DNA of 64,000 nt from Nemertoderma westbladi (lineage: Eukaryota > Animalia > Xenacoelomorpha): contig JAUCBJ010008077.1 of NCBI GenBank assembly GCA_032718475.1, positions 84,189-148,188 on the forward strand. The letters are read 5' to 3'. The notes under the pieces were generated by a model. It saw nothing but the letters and a program-made list of their open reading frames with translations, did not search any database and was not told the origin of the DNA. The position numbers and the translations under genes were made by a program. Position 1 is the stretch's first letter, and each line of letters opens with the position of its first letter. Shown here piece by piece: positions 32,901-44,700 of this stretch.

Positions 32901-35900
32901 TGGACACTGAGTGGCCCAATTAAGAGTAAGATACCATTTAGGATGTCGGAGACATCGGGATGCATGTTCGCGGGAACTATGCAAGAAATAGGGGATGAGA
33001 GAGCGGAGGAACAGCTCAAAAGACTGCTCAGGCAAGATTTTGAGGGACTAAAGGAAACCGGGGTCGGAACCTCGGTAGAAGACAAACAGGCTCAGCAGAG
33101 CGTAGAGGAATCTATGAGATGCGATGAGGGGCGGTATACCATAGGAATGGTATGGAAGCTACCAAAGCTACCACTGCCCGATAATAAAGCGGTGGTACTC
33201 ACGAGGCTTCGTAAGTTGAAACAGACATTAAAACGGAGCCCCGAAAAGAATGAGTACATTCATAAAACAATCAGAAAGTACGTCGAGAAGGGATCGGCCG
33301 TGGAGTTACCGGTCGACGAACCAAACACGGACAGGACATATTACCTACCACTCCACGTGGCTTTAGATCCGAAGAAAGGTAAATTGCGGATGGTAGTGGA
33401 CGCATCGGCAAAGACCGCCGGGAAATGCCTAAACGACTATCTGCTAGAAGGTCCCAACATATACAACTCAGGGATAGAGGCCCTACTCAGGTTTAGGAAT
33501 GGAAAACACGCCTTCACCTGTGACATATAGGCATGTTCAACCAAGTCCATGTGACGGAAGAAGATAGCGACAGTCAATGCTTCCTATGGTACGACGGCGA
33601 CGTGGAACCGTCGACAATACCGATGTACAAGATGATAGTACAGAATATGGGAGCCAAGTCGTCTTCTTTCACGACGACTATGGCCGTAAGAGACACAGTA
33701 AAGGGAAAGGAAGATAAGTACAGCACTAGAGCCGTCGATGTGATTCGACGCGGCTTCTACGTAGACGACGGGATGGAGTCTGGAAATACGGTTAAGGAGC
33801 TACTGGACACGGGCGCGAGGTTCGCGACATCCAAAAGGGATCCGGCTTCAACCTAACCAAATTCCAATCCAGTTCGAAGGAATTTATCGAGGCGATAAAA
33901 GATGAGAGACCAGGATCGACCATGGATAATCCCACAACAGCCAAGGGGCAGGACATGGCGAACAAGAGAATAGAGTCTCAACAGAAGGCACTGGGAATTG
34001 TGTGGGACAGAGAGACGGACGAACTGAAGTACCAGTTGAGTCAGGAGGGCGCAGATATCCATACAAAGAGGGGCTATGTGTCGTACATATCAAGGATATA
34101 TGATCCCCTAGGCCTAGCATCCCTACTACTAGTCACGGGGAAACAGATACTCAAGAAAGTGTACAAGCTAAAGGACGAGTGGGACGCAGAGGTCCCGGAA
34201 GAGATTAGAAAGCAGTGGTATAAGTGGACAGAGAGCCTGGAGCAGATGGGAACATACAGCATGTCACGAGTGTATTTCCCGGATGGGGACATGACGAATC
34301 TGGACCTACACATGTTCTCCGATGCGTCGTTAGAGGCATACGGAGCGGCACTCTATTTAGTACAACGAGAGGGGGCTCGCAAACCCAGACTCGCCTTCAG
34401 CAAAGCGAAGTCAACGCCACCAGATTCAGCATCAGTTCCCAAACTAGAAATGACAGCTGCGAGACTAGGAGTTAGGGCTACAGCCTACCTAATGGATGCT
34501 ATTCCCAACATAGTGGAGACGCACTACTGGACGGATTCCATGGTAGTGCTTGGTTGGCTACATAACGAAAGGACAAGATACCCTATATTCGTCGCGAATA
34601 GGGTGGATGAAATAAGGGCGATCACAGAACTGGGAAGGTGGCACTATTGCCCAACGGACGAGAACCCTGCGGACTTGTTATCAAGGGGCATGGTACGCCA
34701 CACTTTCTTGAAGAAGGAAGTATTGTGGCAACACGGGCCACAGTTTCTGATCGATAGGGAGGCCTGGCCACCGATGAGAAAGGTGGACCCGGGCTCAGGA
34801 GAAGTTGTGTTAGAAGGAGAAGAGGGAGATTCAGAGGGAGAAGAGATATACTCCCAGATGGTGAGGGAGATTAGGGACGTGCAACCAAAACCAGGAGAAC
34901 TGTGCGATAACCCGATGGATAAACTCCTTAGCTACAGTTCTAGTTGGTACAAGACCAAGAAATTAGTGGCGTACTGGAGAGCCTTCGGTAATTTCCTCAG
35001 GGGAGTTGGCAAAGACGTGAAGGTTAGAATGGCAATAGATCCGGAAGGAGCGGCTAAAGCAGTCATCCGCTACGAGCAAAAGAAGAACTACGGCGACGAG
35101 GTGGAGCGCGTCGATAAACAACAGCATCTCCGACGGGACAGCGAGCTGATCACGCTGTCGCCACAACTTAATGATGACGGGATCCTAGTAATGAATTCTA
35201 GGGTGGGATACAACAACAGTATCGTTGTTCCACCGAAGCCCATCATCATCCCCACAGGATCGCCGATAGTCCACCAGATTATTTGGGACTCCCACAAGTC
35301 GATATTGCACGAGGGCACCAACCGAACCCTCACGGAGAAAAGGAGGACCTTTTGGGTCAAACAGTTGAGGAAGAAGGTAAAGGCGGTAGTGGGGCAGTGC
35401 CAGACCTGCCGACGAGCGAAGAAGGAGCGAGCCATACAGGAGATGGCACCACTACCAGCGAGTAGGGTAAGACAGCACGACCCGCCATTTACACATTGCG
35501 GTGTGGACATATTCGGGCCGATAAAGATCAAAGTGATGCGGCACACGGAGAAACGCTACGGTATTATCTTCGTATGTAATAACACGCGGGCGGTAGGGAT
35601 AGAACTCGCCCAGGACGCAACCGCATCGGCATTCATTAATGCCTTAGAGAGGTTTAGAGACCGCAAAGGTGGGACAATCGCAGTAATATACTCCGACAAC
35701 GGGACCAACTTTGTGGGGGCGGAGAACGAAATGGCAGAGGCCTTGGATATCTTGGAAGGAGAGGAAGTCAGGGCAGCCATGAGGCGACGACAAATAAAAT
35801 GGGAGAGGAGGACGCCGTATGCACCGCATACCCTAGGATGCGTCGAGAGACTCGTGGGTAGTTCAAAGCGTCTGATGACGAAGTTGATGAACACCCATAT

Positions 35901-36402
35901 GGTTACGGAGGACGTGCTAAGGACAGTACTTGCGAAGTGTGAGGGTATCATTAATAGCAGACCGCTATATCCAGAGAATGATGACCCTGAATCACTAGAC
36001 GTGCTGACGCCAAGCCATTTCCTAATGGAAAGGCCAGTGACCATCGACATGCGGGGTGTAGACCCAGATGACATACACTCACGCCAGAGTTGGAAAGTCG
36101 CTAAGACGATAAGCGCAGAATATTGGAGAAGATGGGTTGAGGAATACCTACCCATGCTTCACAGAAGAAGTAAGTGGAGGAAGACGAACAGAGAGCTGAA
36201 AGTGGGTGATCTCGTGATCGTCACGGATGATACCATCATCAACAACCAGTGGCGGTTGGCGAGAGTTGTAGGCACTTACTCCGACGAGGACGGAAGAGTC
36301 CGATCGGTAGAAGTGCGGATAGGTGGCAAGATAGGTGCAAAAGACAGGAAAACCTACAGAAGGGCTGTAGGGAAGTGTTGTCTTCTAGAGGGAGCACCTT
36401 AG
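26933..36402 (+). pseudogene. BEL/Pao gag-pol of element C with several stops and frameshifts; RH-IN stays open at 33922-36402
   Basis: PFKFDG (Gag), CSRCVMSGHRARQC, LVDSGA, YYLPLH, FYVDD, HMFSDAS, NPADLLSRG, GVDIFGP, YSDNGTNF, CVERLVG. Confidence 0.92.
27050..29515 (+). repeat. Diverged tandem duplication of the Gag N-terminus (~1.1 kb and ~1.3 kb copies)
   Basis: DVAGQPQAEGD, SVVYIGPY, SEVNPED, SATSSAKGRRV and ETFI..PLT each occur twice. Confidence 0.9.
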
Positions 36403-36559
36403 TGTAGAGTATGAGAGGAGTTTAGTCGCCCAAATTTTGGACTGAGGGGGGTGGGATTGAGGGCGAGACGCCCTTCCCACACAAAATAAAATAAAAAAAA
36501 AAAATAATAACAAATATAAATAATAGGTACGCAGTAAGTAGGCAGATAGAAGTTAGTTA

Positions 36560-37110
36560 GTTGAGTTAGATAGAGGTTAGTAAGAGGGTACGTAGTATCG
36601 TCAGTTAGTTAAGTGGAGTTAGAGGTTAGTAAGAGGGTACGTAGTACCATTAGTTAGAGAGTTAGTAAGAGTTAGAGGGTACGTAGTACCGTTAGTTAGA
36701 GAGTTAGTAAGAGTTAGAGGGTACGTAGTACCATTAGTTAGAGAGTTAGAGGGTACGTAGTACCGTTAGTTAGAGAGTTAGTAAGAGTTAGAGGGTACGT
36801 AGTACCGTTAGTTAGAGAGTTAGTAAGAGTTAGAGGGTACGTAGTACCGTTAGTTAGAGAGTTAGTAAGAGTTAGAGGGTACGTAGTACCGTTAGTTAGA
36901 GAGAGTAAGAGTTAGAGGGTACGTAGTACCGTTAGTTAGAGAGTTAGTACGAGTTAGAGGGTACGTAGTACCGTTAGTTAGAGAGTTAGTAAGAGTTAGA
37001 GGGTACGTAGTACCGTTAGTTAGAGAGAGTAAGAGTTAGAGGGTATGTAGTACCGTTAGTTAGTTAGAGAGAGTTAGAAGTTAGTAAGAAAGTACGTAGT
37101 ACTAGTTAGT
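36560..37110. repeat. 42-bp minisatellite between integrase and the accessory ORF
   Basis: Unit gttagagggtacgtagtaccgttagttagagagttagtaaga, about ten copies with degenerate flanks. Confidence 0.92.
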
Positions 37111-37572
37111 AAGAGATAGAGGTAGAAGGGTATATATAGTATAGATATTAGTCAGTAGTTAGTAGCGAGAGGGGGGCATATGAGTACAGCTGGATAAATC
37201 GTGTAGGCCGCGCGACATATACTGTTGAACTGCACAAGCCCACAGAGTAGGCCAGAATGTGGATTAGGAAATAGAACAATCCATAGGCAATAGTAAGTAG
37301 TAGGACAGTAGAATTAAAAATTAAGTTAAAATAAAATAAGAATAGGGCTGAAAATTAGCAAATGATGGTAACAGTAGGAAAGAAATTCTGGAACATAATA
37401 AAAGTAACTGACAAAATTCGCAATTTAGGTACAATTTGGTAGCTACAGAAATAAAGCAGTGTAAAATAGGCAATAACTCAGAAATTCAGAGAGAGATAGG
37501 CCATCAAACTGAAATAAACCATCTAAACCTGTCACTCATCCTATAGCGCCTTGGTAAGGCACCACCCAAAGG

Positions 37573-39771
37573 GTGAGCGATCGGGCAGAGTTCGAGATGG
37601 CAAGCAAACTTGTGCGAAAGAGAAAGGCGGAGCAAGGAGGAAAGGAGATACTGGTGGATTTCACCAAGAGGCATCCGGAAGAGAGGACGAGGGGATACTA
37701 TGACCAGTTAGAAAAGGGTCACGCAGCACGAGCGCTACAGGACCACTTCAGGGAGATGCATGAACAGCGACTGGTAGGGACCTACGGGACGCCGTCGCTG
37801 GACAACGTGATCTTCGAGCATTTCCACTACGTGGTGAAAGGAGACGAGGCGAAGTTCGGGATTCCGAAGTACACGAGAGAGTCACCGAGGAAAGATTGGA
37901 AGAGGTTCATAGAGTCCGTCAACAGGGGAGGATACATGATCCTAGACGACGAAGGGACTGTGGAAGATGAGGAGGGTTCAAGGAGAGGATCGGTGGGATC
38001 GGCTAGAACCATACTCCTACATTTGGCCGCGCCAAATGGGGACATTTTCCTGTTTGACCTGGGAACGTATGGGAAGAAGGATGGGCCGAAGTTGGACCGG
38101 CTGCCGAGGGCGGTGCAGGTCCTAATGAGGGAGAAGTCGACGACGAAAGTGGGATCGGCCATTCGCAACGACGCGGAGAGAATCATCGGTCCGGACGCCA
38201 CCAACCTCCTGGATATGCAGAAGGTCTTCATGGCTATGACAGCACCAGACGGGTTGGGACTAGTCGAGAACACAGGCCAATGCGGAGTGGTGGCAATGGG
38301 TCAGCTATTGGGGCTTGTATGTCACAAACCGATGGACTGGGGGAAGTTCAGGGAAGAATACGGAGCAGAACTAGCGAACTCGCTGAAGTGGGGAGCGAGA
38401 CCGGGAAAGTAAGAGGTGTATCAATTCCGAAGAGGAGCAATAAAGGTATATCAGAAGCGATATATCCTGCAGGAAGATTGGATAATGATAAGTTTGCTTA
38501 ATTTATTCATAACCGTGGTTATCGAGAGGGAACCAGCGGCATTTCTGTTATCGGGATCACCCCTAAGCTACAGAAGAGCCTTTAAGACGGCTTTCGATGG
38601 TCTGGTAGACCACCCGTAGCTGAAGGGCGAGTCGGTGTACTACAACAGCCGACATCTGATAGACGGGGGGATAGATACGCCGTATCAGAGATGGGAGGAG
38701 CTAGAGACGGATAGACGAGAGGCGAAGCGACTGGAAGAAGTTGCTAGACGGGAGAGGAGAGAAGCAGAGGAAAGGGAAGAGGAAGCTAGGACGCAGAGCT
38801 ACTGCTTCGAGGAACAGGCGGGCCTAGACGAACTTCGTTGGACTTCGTCAGAGAGTTCGGGGGAGTCTCTAGGGCGAGAACTGGGATGGACGGTGGGATC
38901 ACCGAGACAGTCGACGTTGGGGTTGCAAGCGATGCCCATACCAGCGGGCGCCGAGGGCGACCAACCGCTGAGGAAGTTAGGGGAGCTAGAGGGATGGAGA
39001 GCTACGGGCGAGAGCCAAGGCGGGAAGGCACATAGTGGATCCACCGGGATACCGGGGTTGGAGCCGCTGCCAGAGGAGGACGAAGACGACGACGAGTTCG
39101 GAGAGATGCCACCCATCGGGAGGATCGGCCACTCGGACACGGGCTGGGTTGGCGGGAGGGTGGTGACGGCCAGTGGGGCGAGGGCCTTCTGGGATAGACC
39201 CAGCAAGCGGGCCTGGGTGCACGAGGAGCCGGCGATGGATTTCGCGGGGAGCACTATCAGGTTGGGCAAGCAACCGGGGACGGCACCACGAGTAGTATTC
39301 GGGGAGACGATGCCCGAGAGGGGCGAGGAAATCGACGTAGACAGGGACACTAACGTCCGGAAGTTCGCTTACCAGCGACTCCACAGACCGCGGAGATCGC
39401 TTGGGACGAGGGACGAGGTGGGGCGGGAGACATTGGTACTCGGTTGTGATTACTGTGGGAGACAGACCCACCAGGAAAGGAGCTGTTTGTACCGGTTCCA
39501 GAAAGGGACCTTTTGTCTCTATTGCCGCGAGTCGAGCCACAGGATGGGGGCGTGTCCAAGGTTGCATAACTGATGTTCGAAATGTAACTTTCGGGGACAT
39601 TACGGACGCCAGTGCGACTGGATGGACGACGAAGAGAAGTTTAGGGTCTTCGAGGAATGGGCCGATGTCGGGGCGATGACTCGGCAACGTATGAAGGCCC
39701 AGGAGTTCCGGTGGGGCTTTTTTAACATCAATCAGGAGGCTCACATGGAGATTATCAAACGGAGGCTTCCG
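37573..39771 (+). pseudogene. Accessory ORF of element C: DEDDy-type 3'-5' exonuclease plus triple CCHC knuckle
   Basis: ORFs at 37573, 38416, 38635 and 39622 share one frame with three single stops. Motifs ILDDEG (ExoI), LLHLA..IFLFDL, LP..V..LM....TKVGSAIRND (ExoII), LLDMQ, YQKRYILQED (ExoIII-like); knuckles at 39445-39616. Confidence 0.75.
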
Positions 39772-40280
39772 TTTTTTTTTTTTTTTTTTTTTTTTTACAT
39801 TAATATTTCTTTAATTACGGGCAAACAGGGCAAAGCCCTATATCCTGCCCTCACGGGTTTGTTACATGATACACCACCAACAAATTCATGATAAACATAC
39901 TATTATTAAATATAGATATATTATTTCTGTACAGACAGATATTTGCAGCGCATACCCAACACGAGCGCCGGTGAAAACCTCACAGTTACAATCCTAGTCA
40001 TAGCTATGGCTAGTCTAGGCTATTGTATATTCCACAATTACCCTACATACATAGTTAACAAGAAGTGTAGAAGAGCAAAGTTAAATTAGATATATTACAT
40101 ACAACAAATAATTGTGCGTTGTTATACTGTACGTACATATAAATAGTTCCAACACGAAAGTGAATGCTCTCAATTTATTCACAGTATATTTAGGTCCAAA
40201 AATACATTTGATTAGAAGTGCTAATTTATTTATTAATTTGGAATTTTTTGTAGTTCTCTACACACTAGAGCCTTTATAGT

Positions 40281-41768
40281 TTATATTTCAACTGAGCTAA
40301 ATCGTTTAGAGTCCAATATATATTTTGATACCGCATTAATAAGTTTGTTCAGATCCTTACATTTCTGGCCGTATAGGATTGATTTTAATGTGATTGGTAA
40401 GTTTAGTGAGTTTAATTTGTCAACTAGGTTATGGCGGTGACTGGTGAATTCGGTGCATGAAAAGAAAAAGTGGTCTGGTGTTTCTCTGGTATCTAATCGG
40501 CAGAACGCACACGTAGGGTTATCACTCAGGTGTCTATTAACCATATGGTCTGCAAGACAACTACGTTCCAGGCGTAGCTGGGCCAGAATAATCTGCACCG
40601 TTCGCGTGCCGGCATTAAAATAAGGATTGTCCTTTATAGTATTGGACAAACTGGATTTAAGTAAATGTGGCAACTTTGCCTGCATAGTAGATGAAAGTGA
40701 GTTCCAGGCACTGGTTGTTGAAGGGAAAAACGAGTTAAGATACAGTGATTTATGTGCCGAGAATGAGGTAAAATTTGTTTCGTTTCGAAGTTGGTATCTG
40801 TGTCCGTCACCTACCTGGGGTGGCAGGAGGTCAGTCAGGTATGCTGGGGCATGGCCGTGCACTATTTTACTCAGTGTTACCAAACAGTTGTTATTCCGGC
40901 GAGTAGATAAAGGTTGTATATTACACTCGTCGTACAACTTGACGTGTGATGTTCCCCGTGGTGCCCCAGTTGCCACACGTAAAACTTGCAACTCGAAGTC
41001 ATCGAGTGCATCTGACTGTTCTTTTGTAATGTTACACCAGACAACATTACTATATTCTATGACCGGTCTAATATATGTTTTGTATATGGTCAGTATGGTC
41101 TGCCGTGGTAGCTTGTACTTAAGGCATTTTAAGGTTGCTAACTGTGGTGCTACCTTATCTAAGATATGTGAAACATGATCGGCCCAGGTAAGTGTAGAAT
41201 TAAGTACTTCCCCTAGATGCTTGTGTGTATCTACATTATCGAGCTGTTCGCCCATGAGATATAGGCTATGCTGTAGATGTGATTTGTTGGCTGGGATGGT
41301 CATAGTATGAGTTTTATCTGGATTAAATTTAACAAACCAATTGCAGGCCCACCTGTGGAGACTATTAAGTTCTGAATTCATAAAATGAGCAGAAACTGCA
41401 GGATGGGCAATTATACTGTAGATAGTAGTGTCATCTGCAAAAAGTGATACATTAGCTAACAGGACAGAGACTAGATCGTTGATATAAACTAGAAACAGCA
41501 AAGGTCCGAGGATACTTCCTTGGGGGACCCCCGCTTCGATCAGCCTTAGCACTGATTCTTTTCCATCAAGTACAACCCTAAGAAATCTATTGTTCAAATA
41601 ATCATAAAACCAGTTAAGGAGGTTCCCACGAATCCCCGCTCGATGTAGTTTGTATACCAGACCCCGGTGCCAGACTCGGTCGAAGGCTTTCGAAATATCA
41701 CAGAAAATTATACGAACGCCATCGCCCTCGTCCCAGGTCTGGCACCAGGAATGGTATAAATGGAGCAA
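40281..41768 (-). CDS. LINE ORF2 RT core and C-terminus (out of frame with the upstream part after a small deletion at ~41790)
   Basis: FCDISKAFDRVWH, GVPQGSILGP, LFADD, HKHLG, C-terminal CAFC..ETPDHFFFSC. The usual segment between CLSK and GDS (with QxGF) is missing. Confidence 0.93.
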   Translation of the reverse strand: MLHLYHSWCQTWDEGDGVRIIFCDISKAFDRVWHRGLVYKLHRAGIRGNLLNWFYDYLNNRFLRVVLDGKESVLRLIEAGVPQGSILGPLLFLVYINDLVSVLLANVSLFADDTTIYSIIAHPAVSAHFMNSELNSLHRWACNWFVKFNPDKTHTMTIPANKSHLQHSLYLMGEQLDNVDTHKHLGEVLNSTLTWADHVSHILDKVAPQLATLKCLKYKLPRQTILTIYKTYIRPVIEYSNVVWCNITKEQSDALDDFELQVLRVATGAPRGTSHVKLYDECNIQPLSTRRNNNCLVTLSKIVHGHAPAYLTDLLPPQVGDGHRYQLRNETNFTSFSAHKSLYLNSFFPSTTSAWNSLSSTMQAKLPHLLKSSLSNTIKDNPYFNAGTRTVQIILAQLRLERSCLADHMVNRHLSDNPTCAFCRLDTRETPDHFFFSCTEFTSHRHNLVDKLNSLNLPITLKSILYGQKCKDLNKLINAVSKYILDSKRFSSVEI

Positions 41769-41790
41769 CTGAAAGACACAGCTGTCGCCC

Positions 41791-44700
41791 CTATTTCGAT
41801 AAGCAACATAAAAGTGAAATCGGTCTGTAATTTGAGCTTAAATGAGGTTCGTTTTTTTTATAGACTGGTATAACGTTACTGGTCTTCCAGCAGTCCGGGA
41901 AAATTCCTAAACGTAGAGACAAATTTAAAAGTGTGAGCAGAATAGGAATCAATACCGGAGCTAGGAATTTAATTGTTCTATTGCCTATACCATCTGGACC
42001 TATAGCTTTATTAGGATTAAGGTCATTAATTGCCTCAGCTATATCCTCATGGGTTAGTTCAATATCTTCTAATAACGCTTCAGATTCTTCCTGGTGATTG
42101 GTATTATTGGTATTGATACCGAAAGTTCCAAAATGCTGACTATCTGGAGTACCAAGAGTACCAATAGGATGACTAGTACCTGGAGTACCGAAGGTTCCAA
42201 TAGGCTGACTTCCTGGAGTACTAATAGGATGACTAGTACCTGGAGTACCGAAGGTTCCAATAGGCTGACTTCCTGGAGTACCAATAGGATGACTAGTACC
42301 TGGAGTACCGAGGGTTCCAATAGGCTGACTACATGGAGTACCAATAGGATGACTAGTACCTGGAGTACCGAAGGTTCCAATAGGCTGACTTCCTGGAGTA
42401 CCAATAGGATCACTAGTACCTGGAGTACCGAAGGTTCCAATACGCTGACTACCTGGAGTACCAAGAGTACCAATAGGATGACTAGTACCTGGAGTACCGA
42501 ATGTTCCAATAGGCTGGCTACCTGGAGTACCGAAGGTTCTATTAGGCTGACTACCTGGAGTACCAAGAGTACCAATAGGATGACTAGTACCTGGAGTACC
42601 GAATGTTCCAATAGGCTGACTACATGGAGTGCCAAAAGTACCAATAGTCTGACTACCTGGAGTACCAAGAGTACCAATAGGATGACTAGTACCTGGAGTA
42701 CCGAATGTTCCAATAGGCTGGCTACCTGGAGTACCGAAGGTTCTATTAGGCTGACTACCTGGAGTACCAAGAGTACCAATAGGATGACTAGTACCTGGAG
42801 TACCGAATGTTCCAATAGGCTGACTACATGGAGTGCCAAAAGTACCAATAGTCTGACTACCTGGAGTACCAAGAGTACCAATAGGATGACTAGTACCTGG
42901 AGTACCGAATGTTCCAATAGGCTGGCTACCTGGAGTACCGAGGGTTCTATTAGGCTGACTACCTGGAGTACCAAGAGTACCAATAGGATGACTAGTACCT
43001 GGAGTACCGAATGTTCCAATAGGCTGACTACATGGAGTGCCAAAAGTACCAATAGTCTGACTACCTGGAGTACCAAGAGTACCAATAGGATGACTAGTAC
43101 CTGGAGTACCGAATGTTCCAATAGGCTGGCTACCTGGAGTACCGAAGGTTCTATTAGGCTGACTACCTGGAGTACCAAGAGTACCAATAGGATGACTAGT
43201 ACCTGGAGTACCGAATGTTCCAATAGGCTGACTACATGGAGTGCCAAAAGTACCAATAGTCTGACTACCTGGAGTACCAAGAGTACCAATAGGATGACTA
43301 GTACCTGGAGTACCGAATGTTCCAATAGGCTGACTACATGGAGTGCCAAAAGTACCAATAGTCTGACTACCTGGAGTACCAAGAGTACCAATAGGATGAC
43401 TAGTACCTGGAGTACCGAATGTTCCAATAGGCTGGCTACCTGGAGTACCGAAGGTTCTATTAGGCTGACTACCTGGAGTACCAAGAGTACCAATAGGATG
43501 ACTAGTACCTGGAGTACCGAATGTTCCAATAGGCTGACTACATGGAGTGCCAAAAGTACCAATAGTCTGACTACCTGGAGTACCAAGAGTACCAATAGGA
43601 TGACTAGTACCTGGAGTACCGAATGTTCCAATAGGCTGGCTACCTGGAGTACCGAGGGTTCTATTAGGCTGACTACCTGGAGTACCAAGAGTACCAATAG
43701 GATGACTAGTACCTGGAGTACCGAATGTTCCAATAGGCTGACTACATGGAGTGCCAAAAGTACCAATAGTCTGACTACCTGGAGTACCAAGAGTACCAAT
43801 AGGATGACTAGTACCTGGAGTACCGAATGTTCCAATAGGCTGGCTACCTGGAGTACCGAAGGTTCTATTAGGCTGACTACCTGGAGTACCAATAGGATGA
43901 CTAGTACCTGGAGTACCGAATGTTCCAATAGGCTGACTACATGGAGTGCCAAAAGTACCAATAGTCTGACTACCTGGAGTACCAATAGGATGACTAGTAC
44001 CTGGAGTACCGAAAGTTCCAATAGGTAAACGCACAGATGGAATGTGCTTAACTAAATTAGTTATATGTGACTGCTCGGCAAAAAATGTACTTAAGCATTC
44101 AGCCTTGTCTTGGGCCTCTGTATGGACCTTATCGCCGTCAATTAAGAATGGTATGCGTAGTGTTTTAACACGACCGAGGGTAGCATTAACGACACTGTAC
44201 CACTTCTTTGGGTTAGACCTTGTACCATCCTGCAGCTGACTATATAAGATTTTATCATGTTCTCTTTTTGAAACTTTAACTTGTTCTTGCACATAATTAC
44301 GAAAATGTCTAAATTGTTTCCAGGACTTCGAATTGTCTACCGTACCTTTTGCCCTACTATGAAGCTTTTCCCTACGGCGGAACAACGCCCGTAGGTTAGC
44401 ATTAATCCAAGGTGGGTCTGACTGACGTGTTTTAACTACTTTATTTTTAATAAATTGAGTTCTACCTTCGATAAGTACCCGAGTAAGTTGTTTTGCTAGC
44501 ATATTTGGGTCGTTCTTTATAACATCATTGAAACATGTATTTGAATCCACATAGTTACTGTAACCATGCCAATCAGCAGTTTTATATAACCAATGCGTGC
44601 GTGAATGTAACGGGGGTTTTTTTATGTTAAAATTAAATATAGCTAAGGTTGGGCAGTGATCAGAAACCTCCCGAACAGGATCACCGAAAAACAACTTATT

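Larger units (their letters stand above)
26770..39771 (+). mobile_element. BEL/Pao LTR retrotransposon C, decayed and cut at 39771 by a LINE
   Basis: Gag-pol fragments in BEL order, a spacer with a 42-bp array, then an accessory ORF; no adjacent LTR. Confidence 0.85.

Noticed and set aside
36560-37110. Telomeric TTAGG array
   Set aside because: Units contain TTAGA/TTAGT within a 42-bp monomer, not tandem TTAGG.
14572-39744. Many short antisense or alternate-frame ORFs over gag-pol regions
   Set aside because: No motifs; expected shadow ORFs of long coding sequences.
42069-44028. 650-aa and 644-aa ORFs overlapping LINE ORF2
   Set aside because: Alternative frames of a stop-free minisatellite; they end at the array edges.
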